From: an uncultured Collinsella sp.
Lineage (GTDB): Bacteria; Actinomycetota; Coriobacteriia; Coriobacteriales; Coriobacteriaceae
Reading direction: 5' to 3'
Length of the DNA stretch: 64,000 nt
NCBI GenBank assembly: GCA_900541885.1
Contig: UQKW01000002.1
Coordinates: forward strand, 71,514-135,513
The notes beneath the pieces are model-generated. The model searched no databases. It saw only the letters and a program-made list of their open reading frames with translations, and had not been told where the DNA came from. The position numbers and the translations under genes are program-made. This document shows, piece after piece, positions 9,670-18,966 of the stretch. Every line of letters starts with the position of its first letter. Position 1 is the first letter of the stretch.

Positions 9670-9915
9670 ATGAAGAAGTCGACTTTTAACACCCTGCTTG
9701 TCGGTGGCGGTTTTCTGCTTGGTACGGCCGGCATCAAGCTGCTCACCAGCGCTCCGGTAAAGAATGCCTGCGTGCAGGGCATTGCGTGCGGTATGCGCGT
9801 CAAGAACTGCTACCAGGACATGGTCGAGCAGGCCAAGGCCAATGTCGACGACATGGTTGCCGAGGCTGCCTACATCACCCAGAGCGAGGCCGCTGCTGAC
9901 GAGGCAGCCGAGTAA
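9670..9915 (+). CDS. Small (81 aa) single-TM protein encoded immediately upstream of the P-type ATPase
   Basis: RBS aagggag 7 nt before ATG 9670. Hydrophobic stretch LLVGGGFLLGTAGIKLL. C-terminal acidic tail. The first listed start at 9613 lacks an RBS. Confidence 0.5.
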   Translation: MKKSTFNTLLVGGGFLLGTAGIKLLTSAPVKNACVQGIACGMRVKNCYQDMVEQAKANVDDMVAEAAYITQSEAAADEAAE

Positions 9916-9933
9916 CGCTCTCAGGCACAAACT

Positions 9934-12009
9934 ATGAGATTCTCGATTATTAGCGAGATCCCCGGCAGGACCCGTCTTCAATTGGCGGGTCCTGTGCCAG
10001 AGAGCGATCTCGATGCACTTCTTAAGCTCAGCGGCGATATCGACGGCGTACACAAGGTGCGCGTTTATGGCCGCATTGGCCAGATGGCGCTGGAGTACGA
10101 CGAGCCGCGCCGCGCAAGCGTGCTCGACGCCCTAGGCGCACTCGATGCTCAAGCTATCGCCGATGCCAAGTCGGGCTACGTGATGCAACTCGAGCCGCGC
10201 AAGCACAAACTCGTTATGGATCTTGCCACACTTATCGGCGCCCACTACGCGCGCCGCTGGTTCTTGCCGACGCCTCTGCGTGCGGTGTTTGTCGTGGCCG
10301 GTTACATGGCATTTTTGCGCGCTGCCCTTCATGAGCTGGCGCAGCCACGCCTGACCGTTCCTGTGCTCGACGCTTCGGCCATCGGCATTTCGTTCGTCAA
10401 GCGTGATGTCGACACCGCGGGCCAGACGATGTTCCTGCTCAACGTGGGCGAGCTGCTCGAGGACTACACCCGCGCCATGAGCGAAAACGAGCTCATCAAC
10501 TCGCTGCTCGATGTGCCCGACAAGGCGCAAAAGGTCGTCGGCGACACTGAGGTAAGCGTTGCCGCCACCGAGCTTGAGCCCGGCGACTTGGTAGCCGTGC
10601 GCACTGGCATGTCCATTTGCATCGACGGTGTTGTCGAGCAGGGGAGCGCTATGGTCAACCAGGCGACCTTGACCGGCGAGCCGCTGGCCGTCGAGCGCAG
10701 CGTGGGCGACGACGTGTTCGCCGGCACCGTCGTGGAGGACGGCAGCATCTTGGTGCGCGTGCGCGCCAACACGGCGCAGACCAAGCTGCGCTCAATCGTC
10801 TCGCTCGTGCAGACGGCCGACTCGCTCAAGTCCGAGGGCCAGTCGCATATGGAGGACCTCGCCAACAAGATCGTCCCGTGGAACTTCCTGCTTGCGGGCC
10901 TGGTCGCGCTCACTACGCGCAGCCTCATCAAGACCTCGGCGGCGCTGATGGTCGACTACTCGTGCGCACTCAAGCTCACGGGTTCCGTTGCCGTCATGAC
11001 CGCTATGAGCGATGCTGCCAAGATGGGCGTCATGGTCAAGGGCGCAAAGTACTTTGAGTCGTTTGCCAAGGCCGACACCATTGTGTTTGATAAGACCGGC
11101 ACGCTCACCGAGGCGCAGCCGCGTCTTGCCTGCGTACTCACCACCGATGGCTGGAGCGAGGACGAGGTCCTGCGCCTTTCCGCTTGCTTGGAGGAGCATT
11201 TCCCGCATCCGGTGGCGCGTGCCGTGGTCAACGCTGCTCACGAGCGTGGGCTCGAGCACCGCGAGCGTCACGCTGCCGTCGAGTACATCGTGGCACACGG
11301 CATCGCCTCGTCCATCGAGGGTCGTCGTGCCATCATCGGTTCCGCGCACTTTGTATTTGAGGACGAGGGCGCACAGCTCGAATCCGACATCAAGGAGCGC
11401 ATCGAGTCTCAGATGCAGGGCCTGTCGCCGCTGTATCTGGCGGTCGACGGCACGGTCGTCGGCGTGCTCGGCATCGAGGATCCGCTTAAGCCCGGGGTCC
11501 GTGAGGCCATCGCCGACCTGCATGCGCTGGGCGTCAAGCATGTCGTTATGCTCACGGGCGATTCGGAGCGCACTGCCGAGCGCATTGCGCGCGAAGCGGG
11601 CGTTGACGAGTTTAAGGCCGAGCTGCTGCCCGAGGACAAGTACGCCTATGTGGAGCGCATTAAGAGCGAGGGGCGCCATGTTGCCATGGTGGGCGACGGC
11701 GTCAACGATTCGCCGGCGCTCGGTTTGGCCGACGTGGGCCTGGCCATGGGTGGCGGAAGTGATATTGCCAAGGAGGTCGCCGATATCATCCTGACCGATA
11801 CGGATCTTGCCGCGATCGTGCGCCTGCGCCGCATGAGCCAGGGCCTCATTGATCGTCTGACGAGTTCCTACTCTAAGGTGATGCTCACCAATTCGGCGCT
11901 GTTGGCATTGGGTATTACCGGCATGATCACTCCGCAGACGTCGTCACTGCTGCACAACGGCTCAACGATCGCCTACAGCCTGGGCAACGCAAAGGCGTAC
12001 CTGCGTTAA
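9934..12009 (+). CDS. P1B-type (heavy-metal-like) P-type ATPase with a non-canonical SCA motif in the metal-binding TM helix and a cysteine-free HMA-like N-domain
   Basis: DKTGTLT phosphorylation motif, GDGVNDSPAL hinge, TGES-like TGEP. The TM motif YSCALKL takes the place of CPC/CPH/SPC. Confidence 0.85.
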   Translation: MRFSIISEIPGRTRLQLAGPVPESDLDALLKLSGDIDGVHKVRVYGRIGQMALEYDEPRRASVLDALGALDAQAIADAKSGYVMQLEPRKHKLVMDLATLIGAHYARRWFLPTPLRAVFVVAGYMAFLRAALHELAQPRLTVPVLDASAIGISFVKRDVDTAGQTMFLLNVGELLEDYTRAMSENELINSLLDVPDKAQKVVGDTEVSVAATELEPGDLVAVRTGMSICIDGVVEQGSAMVNQATLTGEPLAVERSVGDDVFAGTVVEDGSILVRVRANTAQTKLRSIVSLVQTADSLKSEGQSHMEDLANKIVPWNFLLAGLVALTTRSLIKTSAALMVDYSCALKLTGSVAVMTAMSDAAKMGVMVKGAKYFESFAKADTIVFDKTGTLTEAQPRLACVLTTDGWSEDEVLRLSACLEEHFPHPVARAVVNAAHERGLEHRERHAAVEYIVAHGIASSIEGRRAIIGSAHFVFEDEGAQLESDIKERIESQMQGLSPLYLAVDGTVVGVLGIEDPLKPGVREAIADLHALGVKHVVMLTGDSERTAERIAREAGVDEFKAELLPEDKYAYVERIKSEGRHVAMVGDGVNDSPALGLADVGLAMGGGSDIAKEVADIILTDTDLAAIVRLRRMSQGLIDRLTSSYSKVMLTNSALLALGITGMITPQTSSLLHNGSTIAYSLGNAKAYLR

Positions 12010-12033
12010 CAGACGTGTTCACCCACGTTATCT

Positions 12034-12080
12034 GGCCTGCGCCCAGACGGCATCGGTGTCGTCCGGGCGCAGGCCTTTTG
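12034..12080 (+). terminator. Rho-independent terminator after the P-type ATPase
   Basis: 11-bp stem ggcctgcgccc...gggcgcaggcc followed by ttttg. Confidence 0.6.
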
Positions 12081-12151
12081 CATTTGACCATGTGCTAGCT
12101 TCTTTATATAGTGGTGCTAGCAGGGCTAGCAATTGAAGGGAGCGGGTCAAC

Positions 12152-12505
12152 GTGGGTGCTGTTAGCGGCATGGCGCAGGTGAATGTTCGCGTAGATCGCT
12201 CGGTTAAAGAGCGCGCCGAGGAAGCGCTGCGGCTTTCGGGCGGAACGCTGCCCGAACTCATCAAAAAGGTCGTGGCCAAGGTTGCGCAGGGTGGTGGACA
12301 GTGTGAGGAAGTGCTGTCTGCCGTTGATGACCGGCAGCAGTCCGTCGCGCCCGATACTCCGTTCGCCGCGTCGTGGGCAGCGGCAGACCGGCTTTATGCA
12401 GATTTGGGCATCGCTACGTCGCCCGTATCCGACGATCGCGATTGGGACGCAATCTATTCCGACGCCATGGATGAGCATTATCGCCAAAAGGGGATGATCC
12501 TGTGA
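12152..12505 (+). CDS. RelB/DinJ-like ribbon-helix-helix antitoxin
   Basis: N-terminus VNVRVDRSVKERAEEALRLSGGTLPELIKKVVAKV is typical of the DinJ/RelB fold. Overlaps the downstream PIN gene by 4 nt. Confidence 0.7.
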   Translation: MGAVSGMAQVNVRVDRSVKERAEEALRLSGGTLPELIKKVVAKVAQGGGQCEEVLSAVDDRQQSVAPDTPFAASWAAADRLYADLGIATSPVSDDRDWDAIYSDAMDEHYRQKGMIL

Positions 12506-13017
12506 GTGGGGCGCCTCTCAAGATCATGGTGGACGCCAACGTATGGGTTGATTCGTTTTGCGCCGACCATGCCGAGTCGATTGCCGCGCGTGCGTTTATT
12601 GGGCAGGCGACGGAGGCGGGGGCATTGCTGTTCTTTCCGGTGCATATCGCCAAGGACGTACTGTATGTTGTACAGCACGAACTGAAGCGCAGCGTTCTTG
12701 CCAGCGGGGGAGCGCTCGGCGAGGCTTCTGCCCGCGCGATTGGCGATGCGGCGCTGGCGTTTGTTCGGAACATGACCGAAAACGCCACGGCCGTGGGTGC
12801 AGATGCGTCGGACCTTTGGCTGGCCGACAAATACTTAGCGCTCCATCGCGATTACGAGGACAACTTGGTACTCGCCGCATGCAAACGCGCCCAGGTTGAT
12901 TACTTGGTGACCAACGATCGAAAACTGCTCGAACATGCCGATCTTGCAGCAAAGACACCTCGTCAAATGATGCCGATTCTTGCTTTGGCCAAACGCGGCG
13001 GCACGGCTATCGGTTGA
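12502..13017 (+). CDS. PIN-domain protein (putative toxin ribonuclease)
   Basis: IMVDANVWVD at the N-terminus and a C-terminal D..LVTNDRKL block. Acidic residues are positioned as in PIN nucleases. Confidence 0.75.
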   Translation: MSGAPLKIMVDANVWVDSFCADHAESIAARAFIGQATEAGALLFFPVHIAKDVLYVVQHELKRSVLASGGALGEASARAIGDAALAFVRNMTENATAVGADASDLWLADKYLALHRDYEDNLVLAACKRAQVDYLVTNDRKLLEHADLAAKTPRQMMPILALAKRGGTAIG

Positions 13018-13075
13018 CGTGAGCTGTTCGCGGGCCCCTTGGACGACGATGCGCCAAGGGGCCCGCGTCTGCTAT

Positions 13076-13510
13076 TTACAAAAGCTCGGCCTTGATGACG
13101 GGAGCTTCGGCGAGCTTTTCGGCAGCCTTTTCGTCGGAGCTGTCGAGTGCTGCCAGACTGCGGTAGACCCACTCGTTGACCTGGGTGTTCTTGACGCCTG
13201 CGGTCTGCATAAGGGCGCCTACCTCGCGGATTGCTGCGAGCAGATCGGCTTTGGGACCCGCGAGCTCGACCTCGATGCCGTGGTAGGCGGCCACGCCGCG
13301 GTTCTCACTCACGTGGTCGATAAAGCCCTCGACGGTCTCAAGCTGCTGGGCGAGAGCTGCATCATCGTCAGCGTCCAGCGCGACGAGTGCGTTCGATACC
13401 GTGAGGGCGGGATGTCCGCAGGGGACAAAGCCCTCGATGACATCCATAGCTTCGGTAATGGTTGAGCCCAGGCCTGCGAGGGCATTGACGAGTTTCTGCT
13501 TGGTATCCAT
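13076..13510 (-). CDS. Hypothetical protein (144 aa), no recognisable domain
   Basis: Clean ORF with genome-typical codon usage, sitting between the TA pair and ssrA. Confidence 0.5.
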   Translation of the reverse strand: MDTKQKLVNALAGLGSTITEAMDVIEGFVPCGHPALTVSNALVALDADDDAALAQQLETVEGFIDHVSENRGVAAYHGIEVELAGPKADLLAAIREVGALMQTAGVKNTQVNEWVYRSLAALDSSDEKAAEKLAEAPVIKAELL

Positions 13511-13749
13511 AACGGTCCTTTCGACGGATCAATTTTGCTTGGCGAAAATATACGTGACGCGATCGGTAGCAAAAGTGCGAAGTGTAGCGCACATTGGGGT
13601 CTTCACAGCTCGTGCATAGAACAGCTGTCCGCTTTCAGAACGTGGTAAGATAACACTCCACAAGCGGGGCTCGCCTCGCGCGTTCCTTGAAAAGTCGACG
13701 GTTGTTGGGCGCTCGTGTGCCCAATGCCATCCAGACTTTCCCAACCTTC

Positions 13750-14113
13750 GGGGGCGACTGGTTTCGACACGATAGCTCTGAGAGAGGAAGCAAGCCGAGG
13801 TCTCCTCGCCTCGTTAAACAGGGGTACCGTCAAATTGAATTGACAACAACTCTTCTTTTGAGCCTATGGCTCTCGCTGCTTAATTTATAGCGGCGCGTCA
13901 ACCCGGTGATTTCCCCGACACCGGCGCGACGTCATTTTAGGGGAATGCTCCTGCGCACGTAATCGGTATGGCGCGGGCTAAGACCGAACCGGTTAGGACG
14001 CCGCGAGCGTGTCGCTGCGCGCAAAGCGTCCGAGACGAAACCAGCGACTGAGCTTGGAGATGCCAATCAGGGGGCTTTCGTGGACCGGAGTTCGATTCTC
14101 CGCGCCTCCACCA
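13750..14113 (+). ncRNA. ssrA: tmRNA (SsrA), ~364 nt. Predicted tag ends ...FEPMALAA followed by a stop.
   Basis: 5' gggggcgactggtttcgaca pairs with 3' ...cggagttcgattctccgcgcctccACCA (G3-U wobble, tRNA-Ala-like). Tag ORF gacaacaactcttcttttgagcctatggctctcgctgcttaa. Confidence 0.85.
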
Positions 14114-14117
14114 ATTG

Positions 14118-14158
14118 TTGCAAGCAGGTAGGTAAACGCACCTACCTGCTTTTTTATT
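14118..14158 (+). terminator. Rho-independent terminator of ssrA
   Basis: gcaggtaggtaaacgcacctacctgc followed by ttttttatt. Confidence 0.7.
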
Positions 14159-14170
14159 ACCTATAGATAT

Positions 14171-14205
14171 CGCGGAGAATCGAACTCCGTGCAGGGCGCG
14201 GGCGT
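14171..14205. repeat. 35-bp repeat, copy 1. Contains 19 nt identical to the reverse complement of the ssrA T-arm.
   Basis: cgcggagaatcgaactccgtgcagggcgcgggcgt. The first 19 nt equal the reverse complement of cggagttcgattctccgcg from ssrA. Confidence 0.8.
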
Positions 14206-14382
14206 AAAGAAAACGCGTAAGCGTTTTTAGCCCGCGGGCGAGGACGCCGGCAGGCGGCCGAAGCCGGTGCGTATTTGCGAAGCAAATACGCGGATTCTCC
14301 GCGCAAAGCCTCAGCTAGATATAGATGCGATGCCGATCGGGCGTCTTGCCCCGATCCCAATCCGCCAACGGAAGTTCCAAAC

Positions 14383-14417
14383 CGCGGAGAATCGAACTCC
14401 GTGCAGGGCGCGGGCGT
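14383..14417. repeat. 35-bp repeat, copy 2 (perfect direct repeat of 14171-14205)
   Basis: Identical 35-mer 212 bp downstream of copy 1. Confidence 0.8.
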
Positions 14418-14429
14418 TAGCAACAGTCG

Positions 14430-14573
14430 GGTGAGTAGTCAATTTGGGACGGGGCTATTTTAGCTACCCCATGTTGAGGGAACGCTCTGAGATGATTTTT
14501 TGATCCCCGTCCCAGAAAAATCATCAGGCGGGCAGGGTAGCTAAAATAGCCCCGTCCCAAATTGACTACTCAC
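14430..14573. mobile_element. MITE-like element, ~144 bp, with perfect 40-bp terminal inverted repeats and an internal 10-bp-stem hairpin
   Basis: The left arm ggtgagtagtcaatttgggacggggctattttagctaccc is exactly the reverse complement of the right arm at 14534-14573. A related copy is at 30720-30798. Confidence 0.75.
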
Positions 14574-14785
14574 CTTGATACCTCTTCGCGGAAAACGCGT
14601 CCCGGAATATCGGCTCAGACTGGGACGTAGTTTCCGGATGACGCCTCAAGCGGAAAGTTCATCCCAGAATCCCGCGCTCAAAACGGGACACGCCTTCCGC
14701 TCCGCCTCCTCAACTCCAAAACCTGTGCGCCCACCATCATAAAACTGGGTAGAAGAGAGCCAAAACGCAATCGCAGGAGGTCAAC

Positions 14786-15664
14786 ATGACTGCAGAAGAT
14801 AAGGCAAAGAACGCCGGCAAGGTCGCGCTCGTCTTGGAGGGCGGTAGTTTTCGCGGGCAGTTTACCGCCGGCGTGCTCGACGTCCTCATGGAGGCCGGCG
14901 TCGAGATCCCGGCGGTGTACGGCGTGTCGGCCGGCGCCCTCAACGGCGTCAACTACAAGTCGCACCAGATCGGCCGCACCAACCGAGTCAATTTGACCTT
15001 TTGCAACGACAGCCGCTACATGGGCGCGGCGTCGTTTGCGTCCACGGGCTCTATCGTGGGCTACGACTTTATCTTCAACGACGTTCAAGACCGTCTGGAC
15101 CCCTTTGACAACGAGACGTTCGACGTCAGCCCCATCGAGATGTATGCCGTCGCGACGGACATGCTCTTTGGAACCGCTGCCTACCTGCCGGTCAAAAGCG
15201 CTGTGCTCGATCTCGACGCCGTGCGTGCTTCGACCTCGTTGCCGCTGGTGACGCCGCCGGTCGAGATCGACGGGCACAAATACGTCGACGGCGGCGTGGC
15301 GGATTCGGTTCCTATCGAGCATGTGCTCGAGGAGGCGGGCTTCGATCGCGCGGTCGTCATCGTCACGCAGGACCGCTCGTACGAGAAAAAGCCTTACGAG
15401 TTTATGCCGGCAGCGCGTGCGCGCTATGCCGACTACCCCTACCTGCTCGAGGCCATCGAGACGCGCCATGACCGCTACAACATCCAGCGTATGCACCTGT
15501 GGAAGTACGAGCGTGAGGGCCGTGCGCTGGTCGTCGCTCCGCAAAAGCCGGTCGAGGTCGGCCATGTTGAGCACGATCCGGCAAAGCTGCTCGACCTGTA
15601 TATTCAGGGTCGCCAGGAGGCAAAGCGCTTGCTGGCCGACATCGAGGCATTCGTCGAGCGCTAG
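14786..15664 (+). CDS. Patatin-like phospholipase
   Basis: GGSFRG oxyanion motif, GVSAGA (GxSxG), and DGG catalytic aspartate. Confidence 0.8.
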   Translation: MTAEDKAKNAGKVALVLEGGSFRGQFTAGVLDVLMEAGVEIPAVYGVSAGALNGVNYKSHQIGRTNRVNLTFCNDSRYMGAASFASTGSIVGYDFIFNDVQDRLDPFDNETFDVSPIEMYAVATDMLFGTAAYLPVKSAVLDLDAVRASTSLPLVTPPVEIDGHKYVDGGVADSVPIEHVLEEAGFDRAVVIVTQDRSYEKKPYEFMPAARARYADYPYLLEAIETRHDRYNIQRMHLWKYEREGRALVVAPQKPVEVGHVEHDPAKLLDLYIQGRQEAKRLLADIEAFVER

Positions 15665-15727
15665 CGCCGCAACACTACGGCCCGTGGACGACATGTGCAG
15701 AAACTCTGGTCGGAGCCAAAATACCTG

Positions 15728-15755
15728 TTGACTCGGGCGGCGAGCGGGGTAATAT
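15728..15755 (+). promoter_or_regulatory. Sigma70-like promoter for rplM-rpsI (TTGACT, 16 nt spacer, TAATAT)
   Basis: Consensus-like -35 and -10 elements ~65 nt upstream of the rplM GTG start. Confidence 0.4.
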
Positions 15756-15821
15756 GGACGGGTTACTTGCAGAGCCCCGTGAATCTCTGTAACAACACGT
15801 ACTGTACATGGAGGAGTCTAA

Positions 15822-16265
15822 GTGATTTCGAAATCGACTCACTACGCCAAGCAGGGCGAGGTCCAGCGCAACTGGGTTCTCGTCGACGCCGATGGTGCTG
15901 TCCTGGGCCGTCTTGCCACCCAGATCGCAATGATCCTGCGCGGTAAGAACAAGCCCCAGTTCACGCCCAACAGCGACTGCGGCGACTTCGTTGTCGTCAT
16001 CAACGCCGATAAGGTCCAGCTTACCGGTAACAAGGCCGACACGAAGACCTATTATCGCCACAGCGGCTACAACGGCGGCCTCAAGGCTGAGAGCTTCCGC
16101 CAGGCTATGGAGAAGCACCCGGAGAAGGTCATCGAGCGCGCCGTTCGCGGCATGCTGCCCAAGACCACCCTCGGCCGTGCCCAGATGACCAAGCTTAAGG
16201 TCTACGCTGGTGCCGAGCATCCGCACGCTGCCCAGAACCCCACGAAGATTGAGCTGGAGGCTTAA
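15822..16265 (+). CDS. rplM: 50S ribosomal protein L13
   Basis: GTG start. Full-length L13 similarity (NWVLVDA...GRLAT, KVYAG). Confidence 0.9.
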   Translation: MISKSTHYAKQGEVQRNWVLVDADGAVLGRLATQIAMILRGKNKPQFTPNSDCGDFVVVINADKVQLTGNKADTKTYYRHSGYNGGLKAESFRQAMEKHPEKVIERAVRGMLPKTTLGRAQMTKLKVYAGAEHPHAAQNPTKIELEA

Positions 16266-16267
16266 AG

Positions 16268-16663
<396 letters not shown>

Positions 16664-16693
16664 GGTTTTATCTCCTTTCGAGATACAATGTAC

Positions 16694-16740
16694 AAGCGGG
16701 GCCTGCCGATTCCTCGGCGGGTCCCGCTTTTCTTTTTCGA
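16694..16740 (+). terminator. Probable terminator after rpsI
   Basis: GC-rich imperfect hairpin followed by ttttcttttt. Confidence 0.5.
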
Positions 16741-16786
16741 CTAGGGTGGGCGGTTGCATATCGCCTGCTAGGGAAGGAGCGATCCT

Positions 16787-18124
16787 ATGCCCCAGAACAT
16801 CTTCGGTACCGACGGCGTCCGTGGCGTCGCCAACGCCGATCTTTCGTGCGATCTTGCGTTTCGCCTGGGTCGCGCGGCGACCAAGTTCCTTGGTCCGGAC
16901 ATCTGCATCGGCCGCGACACGCGTCTTTCGGGCACCATGCTCGAGAGCGCTCTGACCGCCGGCATTATGGCCGAGGGCGGCCGTCCGCACTGCTGCGGCG
17001 TCATCCCCACGCCTGCCGTGGCACTGCTCACCGTTCAGAACGAGCTCGACGGCGGCATCGTCATCTCTGCTTCGCATAATCCGCCGGAGTTCAACGGCAT
17101 CAAGTTCTTTAGCCGCAAGGGCATGAAGCTTCCCGATGCTGTCGAGGAAGAGATCAGCGCCTGGGTCATGTCCGAGGAAGCCATGGCTGCCGATACGCTG
17201 CCGACCGGTGCCGGCGTTGGCCACATCATCAAGATGAAGGACGCTCGCAAGGCATATGTCGATCATGCCATCGATACGCTTGATGGCCTGAGGCTCGATG
17301 GCTTGGTCGTTGCCGTCGACTGCGGTCACGGTGCTTCTTGCCAGACCACGCCCGCCGCGCTGCAGCGCCTGGGTGCTACGGTCCATGCCATCAACACCGA
17401 TTATTGTGGCACCGACATTAACGTTGAGTGCGGCTCTACGCACCTCGAGCCCTTGCGCGAGCTCGTGCTGCGCACCCATGCTGACATCGGCCTGGCCCAC
17501 GACGGCGACGCCGACCGCGTACTGTTCGTGGACAGCGAGGGCAATGAGATCGACGGTGACTACATCCTGGCTATCTGCGGTTCCGACCTCGCCGCCCGCG
17601 GCAAGCTCGCCAACTCCGAGATCGTCTCGACCGTCATGTGCAACCTGGGCTTCTCCATCGCTATGAAGGAGCAGGGCTTCGAGATGGTTCAGACCGCCGT
17701 GGGCGATCGCTACGTTCTGGAGCGTATGCTCGCGGACGGCGCCGTCATCGGCGGCGAGCAGTCCGGCCACATCATCTTCCTGGAGCACAACACCACCGGT
17801 GACGGTCTGGTGACGGCTCTGCAGCTGCTGGCCGTGCTCAAGCGCACCGGTCGTACCCTCACCGATCTTGCCGGCATCATGAAGAAGTACCCGCAGGTAC
17901 TCGTCAACGTGCATTCCGACAACAAGGCCGGCCTGGACGATTGCCAGCCCATCTGGGATGCCGTCGCTGCCGCCGAGAAGGAGCTCAATGGTCGCGGCCG
18001 CATCTTGGTGCGCCCGAGCGGTACCGAGCCGCTGGTCCGCGTTATGGCCGAGGCCGAGACGCACGAGCTGACCCAGCGCGTTGTCGACGACATCGTCGAG
18101 GTTGTCAAGCGCGAACTTCCCTAA
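16787..18124 (+). CDS. glmM: Phosphoglucosamine mutase
   Basis: Active-site loop GIVISASHNPPEFNGIKF. 445 aa. Confidence 0.9.
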   Translation: MPQNIFGTDGVRGVANADLSCDLAFRLGRAATKFLGPDICIGRDTRLSGTMLESALTAGIMAEGGRPHCCGVIPTPAVALLTVQNELDGGIVISASHNPPEFNGIKFFSRKGMKLPDAVEEEISAWVMSEEAMAADTLPTGAGVGHIIKMKDARKAYVDHAIDTLDGLRLDGLVVAVDCGHGASCQTTPAALQRLGATVHAINTDYCGTDINVECGSTHLEPLRELVLRTHADIGLAHDGDADRVLFVDSEGNEIDGDYILAICGSDLAARGKLANSEIVSTVMCNLGFSIAMKEQGFEMVQTAVGDRYVLERMLADGAVIGGEQSGHIIFLEHNTTGDGLVTALQLLAVLKRTGRTLTDLAGIMKKYPQVLVNVHSDNKAGLDDCQPIWDAVAAAEKELNGRGRILVRPSGTEPLVRVMAEAETHELTQRVVDDIVEVVKRELP

Positions 18125-18195
18125 TGGTCAAAAACGAGTGCCAAGTGGTAAACTGTTAAGGCTATTTTGGTCGATTGGTATGTCCGAGGGGGAGC

Positions 18196-18693
18196 ATGTT
18201 CACTAAAGTCCTAAGGTCTTTTGGTATGCGTGGTCGAGTCCTTACGCTGGATGCTCCCATCTCGGGCGACGTCATTCCGCTTTCCGAGGTAAACGACCAG
18301 ACATTTGCCACCGGCCTTTTGGGCCAGGGCGTGGCGATTCAGCCTACCGGCACGCGCGTGATTGCACCGGCTGATGCCAAGGTCGAGGCCATTTTTCCCA
18401 CGGGACACGCTGTTGCGCTTAACACGGTCGATGGCTTGGACGTGCTCATCCACGTTGGTTTGGACACTGTTCAGCTTGAGGGCAAGCACTTTACCGTACA
18501 TGCGCAAGTGGGTGACATCGTCCATAAGGGCGATGTGCTCATTGAGTTCGATCGCGAGGCAATTGCTGCCGAGGGCTACGATGTGACGGTTCCCATCTTG
18601 GTGTGCAACTCCGTTGAGTTCTCGAGCATCAAGGGCTCCGTTGGCGTGCATGTCGAAGAGATGGACCAGCTCATCGTTGCTCGCGAGCGCTAG
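18196..18693 (+). CDS. PTS EIIA-Glc-like domain protein (stand-alone)
   Basis: GHAVAL...LIHVGLDTVQLEGKHF matches the EIIA-glucose family core around the active-site histidines. Confidence 0.75.
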   Translation: MFTKVLRSFGMRGRVLTLDAPISGDVIPLSEVNDQTFATGLLGQGVAIQPTGTRVIAPADAKVEAIFPTGHAVALNTVDGLDVLIHVGLDTVQLEGKHFTVHAQVGDIVHKGDVLIEFDREAIAAEGYDVTVPILVCNSVEFSSIKGSVGVHVEEMDQLIVARER

Positions 18694-18966
18694 CAAGTGC
18701 ACGTGGCCATTAGCCTACAATTCAAACACGTTTACGGAGGGCGCCCTTGAAAGAGGACGCCCTCCGTGGCAAGATGAGATTTGTCCGAAGCTAAAAGGCT
18801 TCGGGTCACCGTGGACGGGCAGGGGCCTCGACGCGGCTAGACACGAGACACATACATTACGCGACCTCGCCCTGGTGGCCGCACACGTTGGTTGCGGCCG
18901 ACGCGGGCCGCGGGCAAGTGCTTGTAAGGGGAGCCTTGCCTCTCTTGTACGAGAAAGGACGCGTAA

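Noticed and set aside
14160-14420. Possible tRNA on the minus strand containing ggagttcgattctcc
   Set aside because: Could not assemble a cloverleaf. Only the T-arm is present.
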